DNA of 64,000 nt from the human T2T-CHM13v2.0 reference genome, Homo sapiens: assembly GCF_009914755.1 (NCBI RefSeq), contig NC_060936.1; one strand, 5' to 3'. Numbering within the stretch: the stretch's first letter is position 1; every line of letters begins with the position of its first letter. Below the pieces are notes generated by a model, which did not search any database, was not told the DNA's origin, and saw only the letters and a list, made by a program, of their open reading frames with translations. The translations under genes were made by a program, and so were the position numbers. Positions 39,909 through 53,605 of the stretch are shown piece by piece.

Positions 39909-40601
39909 GTTAACAGGAAACTTCAAGTTTCAGGCCAAAAGCGACTTTCTGGTGATTATTATAGAAAACCTGAGAACTACCACAACTGGTTCTCTTTCTT
40001 TATCCTTCTTTCATACTTTATTCAGTAGTTTCTTAAAATAAATATTGAAGGAATATTCAAAGAATGGCAGTTTGAAGAATTACTGAATTCTTATAGCCAT
40101 CCACAGAGCTCCCATGTCTTAGCTGGGCTCTGCCTCCGCTGTCCTCACCACAGCATGAACAGATTAAGATATGCCAGGTAGCCCCTATAAACCATGTCAC
40201 CTCACCTCTAGTATGAGGCTATAGAAAAAGAAAAAAGAAAAAAAAAAGCATGTCTCCATCCCTACGTCAGTGTCACACATGCCAGGAACTCGGCAACACT
40301 CTGCTTAGAAGATTTAACACCACATTAAATAAACACTACACTGAGATTTTAATTTCAAAAGTACTTTCTTGAAAAACAGCTATGTGACTAGCACCATTTT
40401 AAGTATTACGGAGGCTGCTATTAGAAATAAATGGCATGGTCCTTCCCATCAAAGAGCATAGAATCTGCTTAGAAAAACAAGCTTAGAGTAAGCCTTTAAA
40501 GTAAACCTCCAGCAAATCTTGGTCCACGCAGTTACAAGCCTTTGCTCTTGAACTGGCACTTGGGAAATATAGAGAATTATTATAGGAATGGATCTCCATT
40601 T

Positions 40602-40633
<32 letters not shown>

Positions 40634-40634
40634 T
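40602..40634. repeat. (TG)n microsatellite
   Basis: Direct. Confidence 0.9.
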
Positions 40635-41211
40635 CTTAGACGTGGAACTTCTCAGATACATATAGTCACCTCATGGCCAAATTATAAAGACACAGGATTC
40701 AAAATATTTAACAGAAGGCAAACTTCCTCTGCAGAGATGGGAGAAAGAGCCTGTGTACACAGTTGCAAAATGAAAGGGAGGAAAAGATTCCCTCAGAAGC
40801 GTAATCATGCTGGACCCCCTGCCTGGATAATTCAGAGAGAGCTGAGAAAACTATTTCTTCAATTTTGCCATTTTTAGATAAATTAGCAGGATAATTGCCT
40901 TGACTCCACTCTTTCCCCGGTGGGTGGAGACACAGCTGGGCTAAGAGTAGAGGCCAAGCCAATCTGAATCCAAATGAAGGGTGAATCACAGTAGGGTTGA
41001 ATAATAATCCCCTGCTCTCTGCCTCTGCTCTTCTTGTAACCTGCTTCTAGATAAGACCTTTGTCTTTGGGCTGGGATATAATTAAAGCTTGTCAAAACAT
41101 CCTTCCCATTTCCCTATACACAATTGCCCTCTGTATTATGTTTTATATTAATTTATCCAGATGCTTTAAAAAATTCCCATGTACAATTTTTGAATAATTT
41201 TTGAAAAGATC

Positions 41212-41297
41212 TGTATTCTTCATAACCAAAGCTTTATTTCTAGCTATACACAGCATTTGCCTTCATCTGCATGGCTCTGCTGCAATCTATAGTCCAC
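41212..41297 (+). repeat. 86-bp direct-repeat copy A (copy B at 42120-42205)
   Basis: Ungapped alignment, 75/86 identical. Confidence 0.92.
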
Positions 41298-41414
41298 TGT
41301 CTTCATTCATTCATTCATGTTTGTTGACTAAACTAATTCATAAATGTGTGTTGAATGAGAGAGTGAGTGAATTTCTGAGAAAACATGAATTTGCGGGGGA
41401 GGGGTCAGGCAGAA

Positions 41415-41767
41415 TGAGGTGATTTGAATGTATCCCCCTTTAAATTTCAGGTGTTGCCAATGCGGTAATGTTGGGAGGCAGGATTTTTGACAGGCGACTG
41501 GGCTATGTGGGCTCATCGCTTGTGGGCGAGATTGAACGCCCTTGTAAGAGGACTTGGCAAAAGGAGTTCTTCCTTTCTCACCCTCCCAGCTTTTTCCATG
41601 TGAAAATACAGCATTCTTCCCTGCTGGAGGATGCAACCCTGACCAGACACCAAATGCCTGTGCCTTGTTCTAGAGCTTCCAGCCTCCAGGACTGTCAGAA
41701 ATAATTTTCTGTTCTTTGTAAATTACCCAGTCTCAGGTACTGTGTTATAGCAGCACAAACAAAGACA
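41415..41767 (+). mobile_element. MaLR LTR (MSTD/MLT1A-like)
   Basis: ttccagcctccaggactgtcagaaataa...gtaaattacccagtctcaggtactgtgttatagcagcacaaac. Confidence 0.85.
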
Positions 41768-43147
41768 GGGGTATTCAACAAATACGATTGTGTAGACACA
41801 TTTTATAGTATCAGCATGGTCTGGATTTTGAGTCACCTTGTCTTATACTCTGAGGTTGAACTCCATGACATTCACTTAAATGGCAAAATGCTGTAAACAT
41901 GTATATATGAACCGAAGTGAATTTGTACTTACATCTTGATGCCTAACTTTCCTGGCAGTATTAGTATTTGTTATTTTTTTCTAAACCACCTTCAGTGTAT
42001 ATGTCTCCAAACATAAATGTTCAATATTCAATATCACACATGTAGTCATTCATCATTTCATAAAATTATGAAATCGAGAAGAATCTCTGTTGCCCATTGC
42101 CAATGTATTATACAGTCTGTGTACTCTTCATAACCAAGGCTTTATTTCTAGCTGTACACAGCATTTCCCTTCATTTGCATGATGCTGCTGTAATCTACAG
42201 TCTACACTATTACCAATGTATATGCAATTATGCTACACTATAGCACAATTTTTATATAATGTACTATTTTCAATCTCTGTTGTTTGCTGAGTATATTTTC
42301 CTGATATGCTTTCCTTCTATGGGTTTAGAGTTTTATAGTTGTTGCCTATTATTTCTGAGTGTGGTCGAAGTAGACAGGTTTTCTGTGTACTTATCAGTGT
42401 TTATGATGTCTTCTAAGATAACATCATCAGTCAATCTGGAATGTTTCTCTAACACTTAAACTTCACTAAAAATTTGAGGGAATGATTACTATGCCCCTAA
42501 TTCTAACTAGAGCATATGTTCTAGCCTGAGCTAAACAACTGATTCAGAAGGCTTTAAAATATTTCAAATGATATAAATAACCCTCAAGGATCATAATTGG
42601 CAACTTTGCTTCTAGATATAATGGCAAATAATAAAAAGTAAAACCTCTACAAATCAAGCTAGAAGCTAGACTTCTTACTATAACTCAGGAGAGCAAAAAT
42701 GTATATTTTAAGGTAATAAAATGAACTGATATTTTCACAACTTTAAAAAATTTTATAAGTATCTTTTATATTTTTATAAGTTTTTTTAATTTTATAAATA
42801 TCAACTTATATTTGTTTCTGGGTAGCTAAGAACAAAAATATCAAACATGTTTTATGTTTATAATCAAATGCTGAGTTTTTTAAAACTAGCAAAATGTTAA
42901 TAGTTGTTGTCTCAGACATTAGGTCATTGGTGATTTTTATTTTCCACTTTTACTTTTTTTGTATTTTTTTTTTAAGTTCTGGGATACATGTGCAGAACGT
43001 GTAGGTTTGTTACATAGGTATACATGGGCCATGGTGGTTTGCTGCACCTATTGACTCGTCCTCTAAAGTTCCCTCCCCTCACCTCCCAAACCCCAACAAG
43101 CCCTGGTGTGTGTTGTTCCCCTCCCTGTGTCCATGTGTTCTCATTGT

Positions 43148-46100
43148 TCAACTCCCACCTAATGAGAACGAGCGGTGTTTGCTTTTCTGTTCCCCTGTTA
43201 GTTTGCTGAGAATGATGGCTTCCAGCTTCATCCAAGTCCGTACAAAGGACATGATCTCATTCCTTTTTTTGGCTGCTTAGTATTTCCATGGTGTATATGT
43301 ACCATATTTTCTTTATCCAGTCTATCATTGATGGGCATTTGGGTTGGTTCCATGTCTTTGCTATTGTAAATAGTGTAATAAACATATGTGTGTATGTGTC
43401 TTTACAGTAGAATGATTTATATTCTTTTGGTTATATGCCCAGCAATGGAATTGCTGGGTCAAATGGTATTTCTGGTTCTAGATCCTTGAGGAATCGCCAC
43501 ACTGTCTTTTCCACAATGGTTGAACTAATTTACATTCCCACTAGCTGTGTAAAAGCGTTCCTATTTCTCCACAGCCTCGCCAGCATCTATTGTTTCCTGA
43601 CTTTTTATTAATCACCATTCTGACTGGTATGAGATGGTATCTCATTGTGGTTTTGATTTGCATTTCTCTAATGATCAGTGATGTTTAACTTCTTTTCATA
43701 TGTTTGTTGACCACATAAATGTCTTTTTTGAGAAGTGTTCATATTCTTTGCACACTTTTTGATGGGGTTGTTTTTTTCTTGTAAGTCTGTTTAAGTTCCT
43801 TGTAAATTCTGGACCTTTGTAGGCTGGGTAGATTGCAAAAATTTTCTCCCATTCTGTAGGTTGCCTGATCACCCTGATGATAGTTTCTTTTGCTGTGCAG
43901 AAGCTCTTTAGTTCAATTAGATACCATTTGTCAAGTGTGGCTTTTGCTGCAATTGCTTTTTGGCATTTTTATCATGAAGTCTTTGCCCATGATTATGTCT
44001 TGAATTGTGGTATTGCCTAGGTTTTCTTCTAGGGTTTTTATGGTTTTGTCTTTAATACCGCTTTAATACATTAAGTCTTTAATACATCTTAATTTTTGTA
44101 TAAGGTGTAAGGGAGGGGTCCAGTTTCAGTTTTCTGCCTATGGCTAGCCAGTTTTCCCAGCACAATTTATTAAACAGGAGATCCCTTCTCCATTGCTTGT
44201 TTTTGTCAGGTTTGTCGAAGATCAGATGGTTGTAGAAGTGTGGTGTTATTTCTGAAGTCTCTGTGGTGTCCCATTGGTCTATGTGTCTGTTTGGGTACCA
44301 GTACCATACTGTTTTGAATATTGTAGCCTTGTAATATAGTTTGAAGTCAGGCAGTGTGATGCCTCCAGCTTTGTTCTTTTTGCTTAGGATTGTCTTGACT
44401 ATACGGGGTCTTCTTTGATTCCCTGAAATTTAAAGTAGTTTTTTCTAATTCTGTGAAGAATGTCAATGGTAGTTTGATAAGAATAGCATTGAATCTATAA
44501 ATTACTTTGGGCAGTATGGCAATTTTCATGATTCTTCCTATCCATGAGGATGGAATGGTTTTTCCATTTGTTTTTGTCCTCTCTTATTTCCTTGAGCAGT
44601 GGTTTGTGGTTCTCCTTGAAGAGGTCCTTCACTTCTCTTGTTAGCTGTATTCCTAAGTATTTGATTCTCTCTGTGACATTTGTGAGTGGAAGTTCATTCT
44701 TGATTTGGGTTTCTACTCGTCTGTTGTTGGTGTATAGGAATGCTTGTGAATTTCTGCACATTTATTTTGTATCCTGAGACTGCTGAAGTTGCTTATCAGC
44801 TTAAGGAGTTTTGGGGCTGAGAGATGGGGTTCTTTAAACATACAATACTGTTGTCTGCAAACAGAGACAATTTGACTTCCTCTTTTCTTGTATGAATACT
44901 CTTTATCTCTTTTTCTTGCCTGATTGCCCTGGCCAGAACTTCCAATACTATGTTGAATAGGAGTGGTGAGGGAGGGCATCCTTGTCTTGTTCCTTTTAAA
45001 GGAAATGCTTCCAGCTTTTGCCCATTCAATATGATATTGGTTGTGGTTTTGTCACAAATAGCTCTTATTATTGTGAGATATGTTCCATCAATACCTGGTT
45101 TATTGAGAGTTTTTAACATGAAGGGATGTTGAATTTTATTAAAGGCCTTTTCTGCATCTATTGAAATAATCATGTGGTTTTTGTCATTGGTTCTGTTTAT
45201 GTGATGGATTATGTTTATTGATTTGCATATGTTCAACCCAGCCTTGCATCCCCAGGATAAAGTCGACTTGATCACGGTGGATAAGTTTTTTGATGTGCTG
45301 CTGGATTCGGTTTGCCAGTATTTTACTGAGGATTTTCACATTGATGTTCATTGGGGATATTGGCCTGAAGTTTTCCTTTTTTGTTGTGTCTCTGCCAGGT
45401 TTTGTTATCAGGATAATGCTGGCTTCATAAAATGAGTTAGGGAGGGGTTCCCTCCTTTTCAATTGTTTGGAATAGTGTCAGAAGGGATGCTATCAGTTCC
45501 TCTTTGTACCTCTGGCAGAATTCGGCTGTGAATCCATCTGGTCCTGGGCTTTTTTGGTGGTGGTGGTGGTGGTGGTAGGCTATTAATTACTGCCTCAATT
45601 TCAAAACTTGTTATTGGTCTATTCAGGGATTCACCTTCTTCCTGGTTTAGTCTTGGGAGGGTGCAAGTGTCCAGGAATTTATTCATCTCTTCTAGATTTT
45701 CTAGTTTATTTGCATAGATGTATTTACACTATTCTCTGATGATAGTTTGTATTTCTGTGGGGTCAGTGGTGTTATCACCTTTATCATATTTTATTGTGTC
45801 TATTTGATTCTTCTCTCTCATCAGTCCAGCTAGCAGTCTATCTATTATGTTAATTTCTTCAAAACACCAGCTGCTAGATTCATGGATTTTTTTGGAGGGT
45901 TTTTATGTCTCTGTCTCCTTCATTTCTGCTCTGATCTTAGTTATTTCTTGTCCTCTGCTAGCTTTTGGATTAGTTTGCTCTTGCTTCTCTAGCGCTTTTA
46001 ATTGTGAGTTTAGCGTGTCACTTTCAGATCTTTCTAGCTTTCTGTTGTGGCCATTTAGTGCAATAAATTTCCCTCTTAACACTGTTTTAGCTGTGTCCCA

Positions 46101-46962
46101 GAGATTCTGGTACGTTGTCTCTTTGTTCTCCTTGGTTTCAAAGAATTTCTTGATCTCTGCCTCAATTTCATTATTTACCCAGGAGTCATTCAGGAGCAGG
46201 TTGTTCAATTTCTATGTAATTGTGCGGTTTTGAGTGAGTTTCTTAATCCTGAGTTCTAATTCAATTGCACTGTGGTCTGAGAGGATGTTATGATTTCAGT
46301 TATTTTTCATTTGCTGAGGAGTGTTGTACTTCCAATTACGTGGTCGAGTTTAGAATAAGTGCCATGTGGCACCAAGAAGAATGTCTAGTCTGTTGATTTG
46401 GGATGGAGAATGCTGTAGATATCTATTAGGTCCACTTGATCCAGAGCAGAGTTCAAGCCCTGAATAACCTTGTTAATTTTCTGTCTCATTGATCTGTCTA
46501 ATATTGACAGCGGGGTGTTAAAGTCTCCCACTATTATTTTGTGGGAGTCTAAGTCTCTTTGTAAGTCTCTAAGAACTTGTTTTATGAATCTGGGTGCTCC
46601 TGTATTGGGTGCATATATATTTAGGAGAGTTAGCTCTTCTTGTTGAATTGATCCCTTTATTATTATGTAATGCCCTTCTTTGTCTTTTTTTGTCCTTGTT
46701 GGTTTAAAGTCTGTTTTGTCAGAGACTGGAATTGCAACCCCTGCACTTTTTTTTTTTTCTTTCCATTTACTTGGTGAATTTTCTTCCGTCCCTTTATTTT
46801 GAGCCTAAGTGTATCTTTGCATATGAGATGGGTCTTTTGAATACAGCACACCGATGGTCCTTGACTCTTTATCCAATTTGCCAGTCTGTGTTTTTTAATT
46901 GGAGCATTTAGCCCATTTACATTTAAGGTTAGTATTGTTATGTGTGAATTTGATCCTGTCAT
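43148..46962 (-). pseudogene. L1 ORF2p (endonuclease/reverse transcriptase), disrupted
   Basis: MTGSNSHITILTLNVNGLNAPIK (EN), [40 protein letters not shown] (FADD motif mutated); multiple frameshifts. Confidence 0.93.
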
Positions 46963-47026
46963 TATGATGCCATTTGGTTATTTTGCACGCACACTAGTTG
47001 CAGTTTCTTCATAGAGTCATTGGTCT

Positions 47027-48044
47027 TCATATTTTGGTGTGTTTTTGCAGTGGCTGCTACCAGTTTTCCTTTCCATATTTAGTGCTTTCTTCAGGAGCTC
47101 TTGCAAGGTAGGCCTGGTGATGACAAAATCCCTCAGCATTTGCTTGTCTGGAAAGGATTTTATTTCTCCTTCACTTATGAAGCTTAGTTTGGCTGGATAT
47201 GAAATTCTGTGCTTAAAATCCTTTTCTTTAAGAATGTTGAATTGGCCCCCACTCTCTTCTGGCTTGTAAGCTTTCTGCTGAGAGGTCTGCCATTACTCTT
47301 ATGGGCTCCCCTTTGTAGGTGACCTGGCCTTTCTCTGGCTGCCCTTAACATTTTTTCCTTCACTTCAACCTTGGAGAATCTGATGATTATGTGTCTTGGG
47401 GTTGATCCTCTCAAGGAGTATCTTGGTGGTGTTCTCTGTATTTCCTGAATTTGCATGTTGGTCTATCTTTCTAGGTTGGGGAAGTTCTGGATAATATCCT
47501 GAAGTGTGTTTTCTGGCTTGTTACTATTCTCCCAGTCTCCTTCAGGTACTCCAATCAATCATAGGTTCGGTCTTTTTACATAGTCCCATATTTCTTGGAG
47601 GCTTTGTTCGTTCCTTTTCATACTTTTTTCTCTGATCTTATCTGAATGCCTTATTTCAGCAAGGTGGTCTTCAAACTCTGATATCCTTTCTCCCACTTGG
47701 TCAATTCGGCTATTGATACTTGTGTATGCTTCACAAAGTTTACGTGTTGTATTTTTCAGCTCCATCAGGTCATTTATATTCCTCTCTAAACTGGTTATTC
47801 TAGTTAGCAGCTTCTCTAACCTTTTATCAAGGTTCTTACCTTCGTTGCATTGGGTTAGAACATGCTTCTTCAGCTCAGTGGAGTTTTTTATTACCCATCT
47901 TCTGAATCCTAATACTGTCAATTTGTCCGTCTCACCCTCTATCTAGTTCTGCGCCCTTGCTGGACAGGCATTTCGATCATTTGGAGGAGAAGAGGCACTC
48001 TGGCCTTTTAGGTTTTCAACATTTTTTTGCTGATTCTTTCTCAT
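47027..48044 (-). pseudogene. L1 ORF1p, disrupted
   Basis: Fragments MRKNQQKNVEN..., NEQSLQEIWDYVKRPNL and TPRHIIIRFSKVEVKEKMLRAARE, separated by stops and frameshifts. Confidence 0.9.
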
Positions 48045-50491
48045 CTTCATGAGTTTGTCTAGTTTCGATCTTTGAGGCTGCTGACCCTTGGATGGGGTTT
48101 TTGTGGTGACTTTTTGTTGTTGCTGATGCTGTTGTTGTTGCTTTCTGTTTGTTTTTCTTTCAATGGTCAGGTCCCTCTTCCACAGGGCTGCTGCAGCTTG
48201 CTGGGTGTTCACTTCAGGCTGTATTCATCTGGTTTGCTCTTGTGCCTGGAGATGTCAGTCAAGGAGGATAGAGAACAGCAAAGATAGGTGCCTGCTCATT
48301 CTCTGGGATCTCTGACCTCGAGAGGCACCAACCTGATGCCAGTAGGGTCACTCCTGTATAGGGTGTCCGAAAACCCCTGTGGGAGGGTCTCACCCAGTTG
48401 GGTGGCACGGGGACCGGGACCCGTTTAATGAAGCACTTTGACTGTCCCTTGGTGGAGCGGGTGTCCTTCACTGGGGTCATCCCACTCGTCTGGGCTGCCC
48501 GGATTCCTCAGAACTACCCAGAGGAAAGGCTACGTCTGCTGATCTACAGAGAATGCAGCCAACCCTCCCCTTAGGGGCTCAGGCCCATGGAGATCAGGGT
48601 TCTGTCCCTGAGCCCCTGGCTGGAGTTGTTGGAGTTCCTGAAGGTAGGCTCCACCCAGTGAGGAAGGATGGGTCAGGATCAGGCCTGAAGAGATGCTGTG
48701 GCCTGAATCTGCCACAGCCAGTGTGTTGGGCTGTGGGGGATGCCTCTTGGGACCAAGTTGTCCAGCCTCCCTGGCTCCAGCCGGAAAAAAGCATGGCCTG
48801 GAGCTATAGAGATGGCTGCCGCCCTTCCCCCGCCCAGGGAACTCAGCGTGTTAGGCAGTTATCAGTCCCAGTGTTGGCTGCTGCCCCTCCCCCAAGGAGC
48901 TCCAAGGGCTTAGACAGCAGGCAGCCACAGCTGTGGTGCTCATCGCCCCTCCCCCTGGGAACTCGGCAGCCTTAAGCAGATTCTAGCTGAGAGACCATTG
49001 AGGATCTGCACGGCTCCAGGGTCAGAATCCTAGGCCCCAGTGGCGTGGGTTTGCGAGTGGGATCTTCCGTCCGTGGGTTGCACAGTTCTGTGGAAAAAGC
49101 ACGGTTTCCCACGGCTGGGTAACACTCTCACTCACCAGCTCCCTTGGCTGGGGGATGGGGGGCTCCCCTGCCCTGTGTGGCTCTCAGGTGGGCCACGACA
49201 CCACATTGCTCTTCTTTCCTCTCCATGGATCACACTAGGCACCTAGTCAGTTCTGATGAAAGAACCTATACCTTGGTTGCCAGTGCAGGATTCACAGGCT
49301 ATTATGGCTCTTCAATGGGAGGCTCTGATCGCTGCTGCTTCTAGTTGGCCATCTTGGCCCCGCCCTGATATTTTTTATTTTCTACAATGAACACATATTG
49401 TTTGGAAAATGTATTTTAGAGCATTCTAAGTAATCAAACAACTATCATCCTATTTAAAAAGGACTAAATTAATTTCATATTTTTTACATCCTCAAACCCA
49501 AACCATGAAGAATTTTATGAAACTCCAGTTTGTTCTGATCATGGTCAATAGACTAATATTTTACTTAATATAAGTCAGTAATTTTATGGAATTTGTCAAT
49601 ATAATCTGGAAATAAAGTAAATGTTGAAACAGACAATAATAATTTATTAATTTAGTAGTTATTACAGATGTATCATAATACATCAAAACCTAAACATCTT
49701 ATATAACTAAGAATTTATCTTGTTTAGATTTGCTTTTAAAGCAACTTTTTTTGTAAATGTAGGATAATTCTTCAGTTATAGTACATTATAGAAGTATTCT
49801 CAACCTGCACTGTTAAAATAAATATGAAATTTATATATACCCTATATACACACACACGTGTGTATATATATTTTATGTAAATATATACATATATGTTTTA
49901 TCTATAATATATACATATATCTATAATATATACATATTATAGACAAAAATAGTAACTGGTGTGATTTCACATAAGTGCATTGAATACTTAAGAAACTGAT
50001 GATCTATAAAATTTAGAATTCACCTGCCATATTTCTAAGAACTTATATTTGCACAGTATTATATTTTAATGTTCTTGGCAAGAGCCATGCCATTACAGTG
50101 AAATTATTCCAAAACCAGCTAAACCTCAAATAATACAGCACAATCTTGACAGAAGAGGATGGAAAGCAATATAATGAGTCAACAGAATTTTAGTACCTGC
50201 TCTGTGCCCAAATGAAGCCTGTTCAAGTGGTTTAAAAAGTGCCAGACACGGCCCCTGTCATAAAGAAGCATTGAGGAGATGCAACAAACCTCACTAAAAG
50301 TTTTGAAAACAGGCATGAAATTGCATTGTGTTGATTATAAGAATAATAGATATCCAGATAAAAGGAAAAAGGGGGGAAAAAAGACTAAATAACACACATT
50401 AAAGGCTTCCTGAAGGAGGAAGAATTCAAGAAGGTCCAAGAAGGATGAGTGTGGTCTAGTCAGGAGGTATGGAGACACGTTATTTCAGAAG

Positions 50492-50575
50492 ATGAAAAGT
50501 GACTGAATAAAGACAATAAGGCCATTAATTTAAATGAAAATTGACTGAATAAAGACAATAAGGCCATTAATTTAA
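50492..50575 (+). repeat. Tandem duplication, 2 x 42 bp
   Basis: atgaaaa(g/t)tgactgaataaagacaataaggccattaatttaa twice, 41/42 identical. Confidence 0.95.
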
Positions 50576-52380
50576 GGGAGAAATGATAAGCACAAGGAGG
50601 AGAAGAATGAGACGATTTGATGAGCAGAAACAATGAAGTGCAATAACGTGAAGGTCAGAAAATGGGAACTATAAACATGTCTTCACTCTGTCAGGCACAA
50701 CCAAATGCCACTGAGTCATCCAATCTCCAGGGAAGCCGTCTTGGAGTCTTTTGGAGGAATTTATCAGCAATTCAGAATATCAAATATCCATCTTAGTACG
50801 GGGTAATACTGATGGCTTGGAATCTTGTGCTTAACACAAGTTTTTATGTCAAGATACTGCTCCAAATGTTCGTTTCATCTTAAATTTAGGTGTTCTGGGA
50901 TTCTACTTTGTTCTTCAACTCTCCTAATCTTTTTTTGGACTCCAGTTTATGGACCTTGGGCTCATTAAGCAGCACATCCCTTTGGTTGCATCTTTGCTAT
51001 GGGGACTGAATGTGACCTTTCTCATAGTCATATTCTAGAAAAGCTAGATAATTTATCATTTGAAAATCTATGACTAGGTGTGATCCTTAAGTGCTATATT
51101 TATTTCAACTATTTGTAGGAAGTTTGGTGTTTGGAGCTTATGCAAATTTACTGAATTAAAACTGTGTAATTTATGAGAGGAGTCTTGAATCTAATCTTTT
51201 CTATTTGGGAGTTTGAAAAGAATAAAGGGGAAATCATTGGGATGAATATGGTTTTGTTTTGTACAATGGAAACTCATGTGTGGAAATGATCTATAGGGCA
51301 TTCAGTTCAGCTTCCTGCCAATGCAGAATTGCTCCCTACCATAAAACCTCAGAAGCTGACTTCAGACTATCTTAAAATATGACTCAGCTGCTACCAAACA
51401 TCAAGGAGAGCTTGTAGGAGTCCTGGACAATATGCTTCGATATGAACTGGTGACCTCCTTCGGTAAACTGTACTACCTTCCACATCCAAACATATTTTCT
51501 ACTTGTGATTGGTCTTATGAAAGTAAAATCTTGGTAATAAGACAAGGTAAAAACTTGCTTTGTTATGGCTTATTGAATCTGTCTTTTAGGATGCAGCCTG
51601 TCCCTGGAACAATATATTAAGAGGACTAGGCCCACTCTTATCCATCCTAGCCGTTGTACAAAATTCATCACATGCCCTACACTCTGGCTGCCACATCAAA
51701 GCAAGCTACAGACAATTAAGCTTGTTTTAGGCAATTTCCCTAATCTTTTCTCTGACTTCCATAAAGGTGACCTCAGCTAATGCAACACCCTATTATGTAA
51801 CCCCCATGTGAAGCTGAATGAATGAATGGACTTAAATCTGGTCTTGAATCCAAATCTTATAGTGTCAATAGCCAGCCTAAAATATCCATCTTTCAATAGA
51901 TTCCCGTAACTTTCAAAACAACCAAATCAATATGGCCTACAAGAACCGGTTAAAATCTGGCTCTGACTGTGGCTACTTGCTCAGCCTCATCACATGCCAC
52001 TTATGAACATTTGTACTCCAGCCTATACAAGCTTTTGTTTGTTTGTTTGTTCGCCTTCTCCATTGTGTCATGATTCTTCAGCCTCAGATTCCTTGCAAAT
52101 GCTGTTTACTTTGCTGTTTACTCTTCCCTCCCCACCCCATTCCCAATCTTACTCCCTTCTCATCATTTTGCTGGACAACTGCAACTCATCTTTCAACTCT
52201 CAACTCAGATGTTGCTTCCTCAAGAACAGCTTCCTGATACCTTCAAGTATTTCAGTTCTACCTAATACATGCGTTTATATTTTCTTGCAATTTGTATTCA
52301 GAGCAAGTATTGCTAATAATAATTATGAATGTCCTTAGTACCTAGTGGGCCATCAATAATCATTTTATAAGTCTGAATAA

Positions 52381-52690
52381 GGCTAAGCGCTGTGGCTAAT
52401 GCCTGTAATCCAGCACTTTGGGAGGCCAAGGTGGGGGGATTGCTTCAGTCCCGGAGTTTGAGACCCGCCTGGGCAACATGGTGAGACCTTGTCTCTACAA
52501 AAAATATTAAAATTAGCTGGGCGTGGTGGCACATGCCTGTAGTCCCAGCTACTGAGGAAGCTGAGGTCACTTATACCCAGTGGGAAGTTGAGGCTGCAGT
52601 GAGCCATGATTGTGACACTGATTATGCACCCCAGCCTGGGCAACAGAGCTGAGATCTTGTCTCAAAAAATAAAAATAAAAATAAATAAAT
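52381..52690 (+). mobile_element. AluJ
   Basis: Diverged dimer with ggattgcttcagtcccggagtttgagac and ctgggcaacatggtgagacc. Confidence 0.92.
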
Positions 52691-53207
52691 TTTAGAAAGA
52701 TTTAAAGACTGAACGAAAAGCATACTGAGCATGTGTCTGTGCAAGATCTGCAGTTTCTGTGTTTAACACAAGTAGGGCTCTCACATCAGCATGGAAAAAT
52801 GCTATCTTGCTTTTTGCTTTTGCGTCATTGGAATTCCCGGGGGTTCTATCTTGGAACAATCAAATGACTTAGCAAAAAACAGATAGAAGTAGAGTATAGG
52901 TGTTTATTATGTACAGATCATTTGAGAAATACGAAGCTTTGGAAAAAATGAAAACTACCAGTACCCAGATCTATTGTGGCACAAGGGAGTAGTCTACACC
53001 AATCAATCTCTTCTTTCGAATCCATTGCACTCACTCAGATATAAAGGGATCGTTAGAAGAACAGAAAAGAGGCAGAGACATCATAACTTTTTAAAAAATG
53101 TCAATGTGGTAGTAAATATTACTAAGACAAAGATACTTATTTTGTGTCTCTTAGCTACTTGACTTAAGAATATCTAGAATAGCTAGTCTGCTCCAAAAAA
53201 AGACTGT

Positions 53208-53605
53208 ATATTCAGTATGGGATTAGTTATCCTACAGTAAAAATCAATCCCAAAATCCCAGTGGCTAAACACAGCACATCCATTTCTCACTTCCTCTACA
53301 TGCCCAAGGCAAGTTGACATTGGATTCTGTTCACTGTGGTCATTCAAGGACTGAGGCTAAACGGGGGGTTCAGAAGACAGGGGTTTCTTCTTAATACAGG
53401 CTTCCTTGATGAACCACAACATGGAATGAAACAGCAAAAAAGTACCCATTAGCTCAGGATGTTACCCTTAGAAGTGAAACACATCACTTCAGCTCATGTT
53501 TCATTGATCAAAGCAAGTCTCATGGTCACGTCTAACTACAAAGTTGTTGACAAAGTGTAATCCTACTATGTGCCAGTATCAAGACAAAACAGTACTAATG
53601 GCTAC
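53208..53605 (-). mobile_element. Old MaLR LTR (MLT1K-like)
   Basis: cccaaaatcccagtggctaaacacagc...ttcattgatcaaagcaagtctcatgg. Confidence 0.7.

Larger units (their letters stand above)
42946..49365 (-). mobile_element. Full-length, inactivated L1PA (L1PA8A-like)
   Basis: 5' end gggcggggccaagatggccaactagaagcagc, ~1.3 kb 5'UTR, ORF1, ORF2, 3'UTR and poly(A). Approximate TSD tgatttttattttc (42931-42944) / tgatattttttattttc (49366-49382). The shortened 3'UTR (cctctaaagttccctcccctc) suggests PA8A, from memory. Confidence 0.95.

Noticed and set aside
48553-48975. 140-aa ORF antisense to the L1 5'UTR (ORF0-like position)
   Set aside because: I see no resemblance to L1 ORF0, and GC-rich UTR sequence has few stop codons, so long frames are expected.
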